Assembly (NCBI RefSeq): GCF_006345805.1
Contig: NW_021825386.1
Span: 1 to 15,803, forward strand
Origin: Octopus sinensis
Lineage: Eukaryota
Length of the DNA stretch: 15,803 nt
Direction of reading: 5' to 3'
The notes beneath the pieces are model-generated. The model saw nothing but the letters and a program-made list of their open reading frames with translations. It did not search any database and was not told the origin of the DNA. How positions within the stretch are numbered: the first letter of the stretch is position 1; every line of letters begins with the position of its first letter. Position numbers and translations under genes: made by a program. Below, piece by piece: positions 1-9,129 of this stretch.

Positions 1-1557
1 TGCCGGTGGCACACAAAATCCATCCGAACATGCCGTAGTCAGTACCGCTCACTGGCCATCGTGCTGTGGGCACATAACAAACACCATTCGGTCGTGGCCG
101 TTCGCCAGCTCATCTAGCACCTGTGTCGGTGGCACATAAAAACACCATCCGAAGACCCGGCAAGACTAGTCAGGCCATAAACCATGGCCCCTACCTGGGA
201 CGTAGTCAGTCCACCTGCATACCTTCCTCCTTGTGATACTTGTGAAGGCCTGTTGAGGCAAGTGAAAATCAAAATCAAAATCAAAGCAAATCAAAATAGA
301 TGAACATCAATGGAATTTGTATCTTTGTGGTACCGTGCCGGTGGCACACAAGAGAAAACCACCGAAAGTGGCTGTACCCAGTACCGCATCGACTGGCTCC
401 GTGCTGTGGGCACATAACAAACCCCATCCGATAGTGGCCGTTCGCCAACCTCATCTAGCACCAGTGTCGGTGGCACATAAAAACACCATCCGAACCGGCA
501 AGCTAGTCAGGCATAACCCATGGCCCCTACCTGGGACGTAGTCAGTCCACCTGTGCTACCTTCCTTCTGTGACACTTGTGAAGACCTGTTAGGCAAGTGT
601 GAAAATCAAAAATCAAAACAAAATAGATGAACATCAATGGAATCTGTATCTTTGTGGTACCAGTGCCGGTGGCACACAAGAGAACCATCCGAACGTGGCC
701 GTAGCCATTCCGCATCGACCGGCCTCCGTGCTGTGGGCACGTAACAAACACCATCCGATCATGCCGTTCGCCAACCTCATCTGGCACCTGTGTTGGTGGC
801 ACATAAAACACCTTCCGAAGACCCGGCAAGACTAGTCAGTCCACTGTGCATACCTTCCTCTTGTGACACTGTGGAACCGGTTGAGGCAAGTGAAAATCAA
901 AAATCAAATCAATCAAATCCAAATAGACAAAATAGATGAACATCAATGGAATTTGTATCTTGTGGTACCAGTGCCTGTGGCACACAAGAATCCATCAGTG
1001 CTGTAGGTCAGTGCGGTGGGCACATGACAAACACCATCCGATCGTGGCCGTTCGCCAGCCTCATCTAGCACCTGTGTCGGTGGCACATAAAAACACCATC
1101 CGAAGAACCCGGCAAGACTAGTCAGGCCATAACCCATGGCCCCTACCTGGGACGTAGTCAGTCCACCTGTGCATACCTTCCTTCTTGTGACACTTGTGAA
1201 GACCTGTTGAGGCAAGTGAAAATCAAAACAAATCAAAATAGATGAACATCAATGGAATTTGTATCCTTGTGGTACCAGTGCCGGTGGCACGTGGCACACA
1301 AGAAAACCATCCGAACGTGGCCGTAGCCAGTACCGCATCGACTGGCCTCCGTGCTGTGGGCACGTAACAAGCACCATCCGATCGAGGCTGTTTTGCCAGC
1401 CTCATCTGGCACCTGTGTCGGTGGCACATAAAAACACCATCCGAGCGTGGCCGTCTGCCAGCCTCGTCTGGCACCTGTGTCGGTGGCAAAAAAAAACACC
1501 ATCCGAGCGTGGCCGTTTGCCAGCCTCGTCTGGCACCTGTGTCGGTGGCACATAAAA
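1..1557 (+). repeat. Tandem array of ~290-335 bp units derived from the RTE LINE ORF end plus 3' UTR; the last unit has extra ~55-60 bp sub-repeats
   Basis: Marker AGGCAAGTG..AAAATCAAAA recurs at about 256, 591, 884 and 1210. Most units carry GAAGACCCGGCAAGAC..CCATAACCCATGGCCCCTACCTGGGA, matching the end of the minus-strand RTE ORF (KTRQDK*) and its UTR at 2180-2310. The array runs off the window start. Confidence 0.85.
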
Positions 1558-1562
1558 TCACC

Positions 1563-1733
1563 CACTACACTCTCGGAGTGGTTGGCGTTAGGAAGGGCAT
1601 CCAGCTGTAGAAACACTGCCAGATCTGACTGGACTGGTGCAGCTTTCGGGCTCCCCAGACCCCAGTTGAACCGTCCAGCCCATGCTAGCATGGAAAGCGG
1701 ACGTTAAATGATGATGATGATGATGATGATGAT
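1563..1733 (+). mobile_element. 3' terminus of an RTE-type LINE with (GAT)n tail
   Basis: CACTACACTCTCGGAGTGGTTGGCGTTAGGAAGGGCATCCAGCTGTAGAAAC...GGACGTTAAA(TGA)n. It is the reverse complement of the tail of the RT-bearing copy at 1744-1909. Confidence 0.8.
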
Positions 1734-1743
1734 ATATATATAT

Positions 1744-3389
1744 ATCATCATCATCATCATCGTTTAACGTCCGCTTTCCATGCTAGCATGGGCTGGACGG
1801 TTCAACTGGGGTTTGGGAAGCCAGAAGGCTGCACCAGACTCAGTCTGATCTGGCAGTGTTTCTACAGCTGGATGCCCTTCCTAACGCCAACCACTCCATG
1901 AGTGTAGTGTGTTCTTTTTACGTGCCACCAGCACAGGTGCCAGATGAGGCTGGCAAACGGCCACGAACAGATGGTGCTTTTTACTTGCCACCGGCACAGG
2001 GGCTAGAAGAGGCTGGCCACGGCCCCAATCGGATGGTGCATTTTACATGCCACCGGCATGGAGGCTAGTCGGGGGGGGGGGGGGCGCTGGCAACAGCCAC
2101 GTTCAGATGGTTCTCTTACATGCCACTGGCACTGGTATCACAACTACAATTTCCATTTATGTTGATTGATTTTGATTTTCACTTGCCTCAACAGGTCCTC
2201 ACAAGTAGAGTTTTGTGTCCCAAGAAGGAAAGATATGCATAAGTGGACTGGCAACATCCCAGGTAGAGGCCACGGGTTATGGTCTCACTTGTCCTGCCGG
2301 GTCTTCTCATGCACAGCATACTTCCAAAGGTCCCGGTCACTAGTCATTTCCTCGGTGAGACCTAATGTTCGAAGGTTGTGCTTCACCACCTCATCCCAGG
2401 TTTTCCTGGGTCTACCTCTTCCACAGGTTCCCTCAACCGCTAGGGTGTGGCACTTTTTCACACAACTATCTTCATCCATTCTTGCCACATGACCATACCA
2501 GTGCAAATGTCTCTCTTGCACACCACAACTGATGCTGCTTAGGTCCAACTTTTCTCTCAAGGTACTTACACTCTGTCGAGTATGAACACTGACATTACAC
2601 ATCCATTGGAGCATACTGGCTTCATTTCTTGCGAGCTTACACATATCCTCAGCAGTCACAGCTCATGTTTCACTACCATGTAGCATGGCTGTACGTACAC
2701 ATGCATCATACAGTTTGCCTTTTACTCTGAGCGAGAGGCCTTTTGTCACCAGCAGATGTAAGAGCTCTCTGAACTTTGCCCAGGCTATTCTTACTCTAGC
2801 AGTTACACTTTCAGCACACTCGCCCCCGCTACTGACTTGGTCACCTAGGTAACGGAAGCTATCAACTATTTCTAGTTTTTCTCCCTGGAATGTGGCGGAA
2901 GTTGGTCTCTGTGCATTTTCAGTGTTTATTGCTCCTGAGCATCTGCCACAGATAAAAACTATTTTCCTAGTTAGTCTTCCTTTGACATTACTACATCTCT
3001 TATGTGTCCATAGCTTACACTTGATGCATCTTATAGAGTTTCTACCTACGCCTTTTTTACAGATCGAGCAGGGCCATCTAGCTGAAGGCGTTTGTGATTT
3101 GTCTACCTTCCAACTTATTAAGACTTTGGTTTTGGCTAGATTGATTCTAAGGCCCTTTGATTCTAAACCTTGCTTCCACACCTGAAACTTCCCCTCCAGT
3201 TCTGATAGAGACTCAGCAATTACAGCAAGGTCATCAGCATAGAGGAGCTCCCAGGGGCATCTTGTCTTGAATTCCTCCGTTATTGCCTGGAGGACTATGA
3301 TAAATAGGAGGGGACTGAGGACTGAACCTTGGTGGACCCCAACCTCTACCCGGAATTCTTCACTGTACTCGATGCCAACCCTCACCTTA
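1744..3389 (-). mobile_element. 5'-truncated RTE-clade non-LTR retrotransposon (RT C-terminal half, 3' UTR, (GAT)n tail)
   Basis: RT motifs GVHQGSVLSPLLF and LLYADDL, RTE-type C-terminal WYGHVARM and GRGRPRKTW, then UTR and microsatellite tail. Homology starts abruptly at about 3389. Confidence 0.92.
2285..3388 (-). pseudogene. RTE reverse transcriptase remnant with one in-frame nonsense codon
   Basis: ORFs 2663-3421 and 2285-2659 share a frame. They are separated by TGA at 2663-2665 (GSET*AVTAED), where Trp is expected. Confidence 0.9.
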
Positions 3390-3639
3390 ATAAATGTTGT
3401 TATCGTACACTGCCTGTGCAAGAAGATTTTTTTTTAAAGTGAGGAAAGGCTGTGCACTGAGTCAATCCCACTCACTAAGCAACAGCAGCCATAATCCGAA
3501 AAGAAGAACAAGTCAACATCATCGGTAACCACTGTGTCGCAGGTTTTATGTGGGAGTTATCCCAGTTACCTGAATTACCTTCTCCTAGAAGGATACCCTA
3601 ACAATGGCTAGAAGTCCTTCACTCCCAATGGTTTAACTG

Positions 3640-3885
3640 CGCAATCGGGTATTCAATCCGATTATTTCTATGTCCCCGCGCATGATACAGCCTTAAGACA
3701 TTTATCGGATGGCCGTTGACTCACAAGAGTTCCTCCGCCCTTTGACGGGTTTTGTTTATCATCCTGCAGGGTGTCCAATAAACACCCTCCTCACCAAGCG
3801 AGCTTGGTGGGGTTGCCGGTTTAGTCGCTGACGACCCGACCATACAACAGGTTGTACTGGATTACATGTTACCAGTAGCACTCGA
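3640..3885. other. Hairpin-dense segment, possibly a retrotransposon 5' UTR (unclassified)
   Basis: Short inverted repeats at 3643-3663, 3768-3788, 3792-3809, 3824-3835, 3843-3856 and 3855-3877. Family not identified. Confidence 0.35.
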
Positions 3886-3891
3886 AATATG

Positions 3892-4166
3892 CATACATAC
3901 ATAATTGCATACATACATACATACACACATACATACACACACATACATACATACATACACGCATACATACACACACACATACATACATACACATACATAC
4001 ACACATACATACATACACACATACATACATACACACACATACATACACACACACATACATACATACATACATACACATACATACACATACATACATACAT
4101 ACATACACACACATACATACACACACATACATACACACACATACACACATACATACATACACACAT

Positions 4167-4197
<31 letters not shown>

Positions 4198-4679
4198 TAC
4201 ACACATACATACACACATACATACATACATACATACATACACACACATACATACATACATACATACACACATACACACATACATACATACACACACATAC
4301 ATACACACATACATACATACACACATACATACACACATACATACATACATACCTACATACATACACACATACATACATACATACATACATACATACATAC
4401 ATACATACATACATACATACATACATACATACACATATACATACATACATACATACACCATTTACACACATACATACATACAAACATACATACATACATA
4501 CATACATACACATACATACATACATACATACATACATACCTACATACATACATACATACATACATACATACACATACATACATACATACATACATACATA
4601 CACACATACATACATACCTACCTACATACATACATACATACATACATACCTACATACATACACACATACATACATACAT

Positions 4680-4731
<52 letters not shown>

Positions 4732-5416
4732 ACATACATACATACATACATACATACATACATACATACATACACGCATACATACCTACATACATACATA
4801 CATACATACATACCTACATACATACATACATACATACATACCTACATACATACATACATACATACATACATACATACATACATACATACATACATACATA
4901 CTACATACATACATACATACATATACATACATACCTACATACATACCTACTACATACATACATACATACATACATACATAACATACATACATCACATACA
5001 TACATACCTACATACATACATACATACATACATACATACATACATACACACATACATACATACATACACACATACATACACGCATACATGCATACATACA
5101 TACAATACATGCATACACATACATACATACATACATACGATACATACATACATACATACATACATACATACATACATACACACACACACACCATACATAC
5201 ATACACACATACATCACACATACATACATACATACATACATACATACCTACATACAATACATACACATACATACATACTACCTACATACATACATACACA
5301 TACACACATACATACACACAATACATACATACATACATACATACTACTAATACATACATACATACATACACATAACATACATACATGCATGCATACACAC
5401 ACACATACACACATAC

Positions 5417-5451
<35 letters not shown>

Positions 5452-5476
5452 TACATACATACATACATACATACAT
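3892..5476. repeat. ~1.6 kb compound (TACA)n/(CA)n microsatellite
   Basis: Direct inspection. It generates the spurious YVCM/HTYI ORFs. Confidence 0.99.
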
Positions 5477-5499
5477 AAACAACATCGATATGCGTATAA

Positions 5500-5731
5500 A
5501 AAATAGAAAAGAAAGCGGACATTCATGAAACATTGATAAGGTGTTTGCAAATCCAGTCCCCAAGTTACACTTTCAGCTTTGTATTATTGGAGCAAGAGGA
5601 TGTGTACCGACCAGTCTGGAGTGAATTTTGGCTGAACTGGAAATCTTAAAGAGAGAATGTAAATCTTTCTTTCAGACCCATTATCCGGAACTATAAAATT
5701 TGTAAGACATTTGTATGATTACAAACGATGA
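5500..5731 (+). pseudogene. Degenerate C-terminal fragment of an RLE-type (R4/Dong-like) non-LTR retrotransposon
   Basis: Across frameshifts and stops it reads KIEKKADIHETLIRCLQ / LCIIGARGCVPTSLE*ILAELEI / LSGTIKFVRHL. This resembles the IIGAxG and LxGTxKIxRxxL terminal motifs of RLE LINEs. Confidence 0.5.
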
Positions 5732-5786
5732 TTAACAAAGCAAGAGGCTTTCCCTCACAAACTAGCTTCCAAACAGATGATTTATA

Positions 5787-5940
5787 GGCGCAGGCGTGGC
5801 TTTCCAACCACATGGTTCCGAGTTCAGTCCCACTGCGTGGCATGTTCGGCAAGTGTCTACTACTATAGCCTACTACTATAGCCTTACAAAGTCTTGTAAG
5901 TGGATTTGCTAGATGGAAACGGGGCGAAGACCATCGTATA
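5787..5940 (+). mobile_element. tRNA-derived SINE, 5' part
   Basis: GGCGCAGGCGTGGC...CCACATGGTTCCGAGTTCAGTCCCACTGCGTGGCA...GGATTTGCTAGATGGAAAC is homologous to the copy at 10273. Confidence 0.85.
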
Positions 5941-6174
5941 CATCTACATATCTATGTGTGTCTATCTTTCTAACCCAAAATTCGCATGCGCTTGCTTTAT
6001 TAAATTTAAAACTGAAGATCGGTTACAGCGAGAAAATTGTTTCTAGTTCATTCTTCACGTGTAAACGGTAAGTTGAAATAATATTCAGTCTCTTTTCCTC
6101 TCAGGATCTCTTTCTTCTTCACATTCAATTTCTCCAACTGAACCATAATTGTCTTCCCATCTCGATGAGACTAG

Positions 6175-6906
6175 TCAATTTTTGTAAATTTGGGTATCTC
6201 TTCGACCAATAAATTTACGTAGAAGTATACTGGAGTTAGGCTGAGCATGAAGAACCATAGCCATACCGTTATAACTATGTTGAGGAAATGCTTTGTTTGG
6301 ATTTTCACCGAAAGGAGCTGGTGCCATATCCCATCGTTGTGAACCTCTAACGATCGTATTAGGATATGGGTTAGGGTCACCTTCATCATTACTTTTATCG
6401 TGTGTAATCCAAGTCCATCTTGGACGATAGGAAACTTTAACTCTTCTGTTTTCTCTTAATATGTTAAATATTTCTGAGTCATCTATATGTTTGCCTTGAA
6501 TATCTCGATCGTAAGTGTAATATAGTCTTGGGATAATTGCACCAGCTTTTTGTTTTTTATATACTTCAAATACATATCGGAAACGTAGAACCTGCCACTG
6601 ATCGAATAGCGTTCTCCATATGTTAGCTTTTACATTCTCAATTGAATCATTCATTTGTGCCCATGTACATGATATTGTCATAGGAGTTTTTTCATCTTTA
6701 ATTTTTAGTTGTTCCACTTTAAAAAAAGATTGAACTGATGATTGTCTAACACGGGGGGGGGGGTAGAGGATAAATAGTGTATCTTCCATTACGGCGACGA
6801 CGATACTGCCGACGGCGTCGATAACGTCTCCGATTACGTAATACATTCCTCTTCCTAAAAAACTCTTTCGCCTGCCTATAATGCGTGGGCGTCTCCTGTA
6901 CAGCAT
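6175..6906 (-). CDS. CRESS-DNA virus (circovirus-like) capsid protein, probable endogenous viral element, 243 aa
   Basis: Basic start MLYRRRPRIIGRRK, then LFDQWQVLRFRYVF (cf. LFDQYRI), PRLYYTYDRD (cf. PxxYYxxDxD), RVKVSYRPR, RWD and PQHSYNG (cf. WxD...PHYG). Order and spacing are those of circo-like jelly-roll capsids. By-eye recognition only. Confidence 0.75.
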   Translation of the reverse strand: MLYRRRPRIIGRRKSFLGRGMYYVIGDVIDAVGSIVVAVMEDTLFILYPPPRVRQSSVQSFFKVEQLKIKDEKTPMTISCTWAQMNDSIENVKANIWRTLFDQWQVLRFRYVFEVYKKQKAGAIIPRLYYTYDRDIQGKHIDDSEIFNILRENRRVKVSYRPRWTWITHDKSNDEGDPNPYPNTIVRGSQRWDMAPAPFGENPNKAFPQHSYNGMAMVLHAQPNSSILLRKFIGRRDTQIYKN

Positions 6907-6964
6907 AATGCTGACTGACGACTGCTAGGATGTTGCAGGCTATTACGTCATAGGCAGCAGGCAT
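6746..6964 (-). CDS. Overlapping frame carrying the capsid-type arginine-rich arm (RKRNVLRNRRRYRRRRQYRRRRNGR)
   Basis: From the ORF track. The Arg-rich block lies between the A6 run at 6857-6862 and the G11 run at 6753-6763. Probably part of the capsid gene rather than an independent CDS. Confidence 0.5.
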   Translation of the reverse strand: MPAAYDVIACNILAVVSQHYAVQETPTHYRQAKEFFRKRNVLRNRRRYRRRRQYRRRRNGRYTIYPLPPPPC

Positions 6965-7081
6965 TCTATGCGGCGGTAGCGCTGCTGCTGATTAATGCTG
7001 CTATTTATTTCAGGCACTGTTTCTTTGTCATCTTGAAATTCAAATGCAGGTCTTTCTTTCGAACCTGATATACATAAGTGG

Positions 7082-7139
<58 letters not shown>
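7082..7139. repeat. (TA)n microsatellite
   Basis: Direct inspection. Confidence 0.98.
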
Positions 7140-7142
<3 letters not shown>

Positions 7143-7392
7143 GGTTATGAGAGGTAATGGTGTCAAGAAGACCCAAAGGTGTCAGGTAATGCTGAGTAAA
7201 TGGTATGGACAGACTATAGTGAAGCTCCAGGTTCGATGATTATAGGAATGAGGTTCCAACGTAGGTCATATATCAGCATGTGTATATATAAAAAAGGTCA
7301 CAGAATGCGATAAAAAAAAAATCCAAGGCTATGAAAGATTTCAGAACATTTATAAAGAGAATGTTTATAAAAGAGAACATTTATAAAAACCG

Positions 7393-7575
7393 AAGTTGGT
7401 GCGTTTTAGTCACCGTAACTAACTTAGCAGTTCGGTAAAACAAACGATAGAGTAAGCACTACGCTTACAAAGAATAAGTCCTGGGGTCGATTCCTTCGAC
7501 TAACACACTTTAAGGTGGTGTTCCAGCATGGCCGCAGTCAAATGACTGAAACAAGTAAAAGAGTAAACGAATAAA
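7393..7575 (+). mobile_element. SINE 3' half
   Basis: CTTACAAAGAATAAGTCCTGGGGTCGAT...CCAGCATGGCCGCAGTCAAATGACTGAAACAAGTAAAAGAG matches the tail of the copy at 10273-10670. Confidence 0.85.
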
Positions 7576-8056
7576 ATAATATATGAAATGTTCAGCTTTC
7601 TTTAGTTGCTGTTTTGCACTTAACAAAGACGGATCAATATAATCGGTCTGATCAGGAATAAACATCAATTCGATTTCTCGACCAAGGACCTTCCAATTTC
7701 GAGACGAATTATTACGTGAAATGTACGTTGGCAAAAAACGGAATGCTTTATAAGACGATTGAGCTGGCGTGTTCATTGTTTTGAAAGCGGAGTGCCTGGG
7801 TGATATAAAGATGAAAAAATGTGACTTCAGAATATGATACCAACTGAATAACAAATGGATGTTGGGAAAGTGAAAGAATGTGTTTTAAATATCTTAAAAA
7901 AGATTCATGTTTCATCAGATGCCAAATAGCTTCCAATGTAAGATGAACGAACAATTCATATATTGACACAAATCATATCAGTTACATGTTTCCTACGATA
8001 AAATAAAGAATATACATAGTCAAGGGGTTTGTATATATAAAAGGGCTTCCTTTATT

Positions 8057-8281
8057 TATAAGAAATCTAGAAATGGAGCTTATATATCTATTAATCTAGA
8101 AACCAAAGTGTTTGCAACAAAACTACAAATAGATGATAGGATAGACTATCTGGCACGCACGACCCTCTTTTCCAACGGTGAAGGACCATAAAGTAAACTT
8201 AGAGAATAAACCTTAGTGTAGATTGCTTAACCCAGCAAAGACTGAGTTAGCTGTGGTGTGGAAAGAAATATTAGAAAGGAC
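8057..8281 (+). pseudogene. Penelope-like element RT fragment
   Basis: YKKSRNGAYISINLETKVFATKLQIDDRIDYLART, then a frameshift to TVKDHKVNLENKP*CRLLNPAKTELAVVWKEILER. Matches the recalled PLE motif TLKDHKxNFxNxPxCRLINPAKSE. Confidence 0.75.
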
Positions 8282-8395
8282 CATTTTCAGAGAAAAGGTA
8301 GGTTCCTTTATAGACTAGAAGAAAAAGCCCGCTCCGCACAAACCATAGAAGGGATTGATCATGTCAGAAGTTAGGCATGGAGGAGCGATTAATTT

Positions 8396-8551
8396 ATGAC
8401 ATCCCACTTTGAAAGCTATCTCCATGCAATTCAAAATCAAGACATCTCCGCCAACTACCTACAGAATAGAAGGCAAAACACACTGACACACAACAAATGT
8501 AGGCCGTACAAAAGCAAGACTGAACAGATCAACCACATTATTGTCATTTGC
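8396..8551 (+). pseudogene. Degenerate zinc-knuckle region fragment of an RLE-type (R4/Dong-like) LINE
   Basis: LHAIQNQDISANYL...KCRPYKSKTEQINHIIVIC resembles AIQDQxIxTxxY...CRxCxxxxExIxHIxxxC. Confidence 0.65.
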
Positions 8552-8749
8552 GATACATATTTTCTTATTTCGCTTAGGAATAGCAATACTACTAACCCGA
8601 TCTTACAACGTAATATACATATGCTTCAGAGAAAAGCGCCATTAAAGTGGAGGGAGTAACCAGTGTTGATATAAGTTACAATGGGAAAAAGCAATTATCT
8701 GATGAAATCCATAAATCCATTTGATTTCAGCCACTCCTGCGCCTCACAT

Positions 8750-8913
8750 TTTTTCTCCCCTTGTTTCTCTCCTTTTTTTTCTGTGTCCCTTTCTGTAGAA
8801 GAGCGTAGGCTCGAAACGTAAAACACTTTTTTTTTATTCCTAAGCGTTATACTAATACATCTGTTTGTTTTCTACACCACCTGTCTTTGTCTTTTGTTTT
8901 TTTCGTAAACTCT

Positions 8914-8917
<4 letters not shown>
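8750..8917 (+). mobile_element. Probable Penelope-like terminal repeat with a hammerhead-like motif
   Basis: CTGTAGAA-GAGC-GTAG-GCTC-GAAACGT at 8793-8819, about 500 bp downstream of the PLE RT fragment on the same strand. It abuts an (AT)n tract. Confidence 0.4.
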
Positions 8918-8968
<51 letters not shown>

Positions 8969-9066
8969 GTATATGTTATATATATATATAATATATATAT
9001 TATATATATATATATACATACTACAATAATATCATAGTATATTATATATATTTATTATTTTATATG

Positions 9067-9114
<48 letters not shown>

Positions 9115-9129
9115 CACATATATATATAT
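8918..9129. repeat. (AT)n-rich microsatellite
   Basis: Direct inspection. Confidence 0.97.

Noticed and set aside
1-1557. CRISPR-like look of recurring GGTGGCAC..AAAACACCATCCGA with ~30-nt gaps
   Set aside because: The intervening sequences are related to each other, the repeats are variable, the motif belongs to the RTE 3' UTR, and the context is eukaryotic with no cas genes.
291-1707. Many 60-150 aa ORFs on both strands
   Set aside because: They are repeated translations of the same UTR-derived unit with no domain motifs.
3759-5563. Long ORFs up to 529 aa (HTYI/YVCM repeats), plus similar ORFs at 10829-11305, 12152-12555 and 12776-13244
   Set aside because: They are translations of microsatellites that lack stop codons in some frames.
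6925-6960. GGCTATTAC at 6938-6946 as a CRESS origin nonanucleotide
   Set aside because: It misses the A of NANTATTAC, and the flanks give only a broken stem (CTGC..ATG / CAT..GCAG).
6943-7240. Upstream minus-strand frame with ITSHN and RYRRIE as a possible Rep helicase tail
   Set aside because: No Walker A/B or RCR motifs; the context does not fit ITSN...ALxRR; the frame runs through a microsatellite.
7680-7715. QGPSNFET resembling an SF3 Walker A (GPSNTGKT)
   Set aside because: No GK[ST], and the frame is short.
7748-7969. KHILSLSQHPFVIQLVSY...HLYI resembling a protein kinase N-lobe
   Set aside because: The catalytic Lys and helix-C Glu are missing, and there is no glycine loop, HRD or DFG. 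Likely chance.
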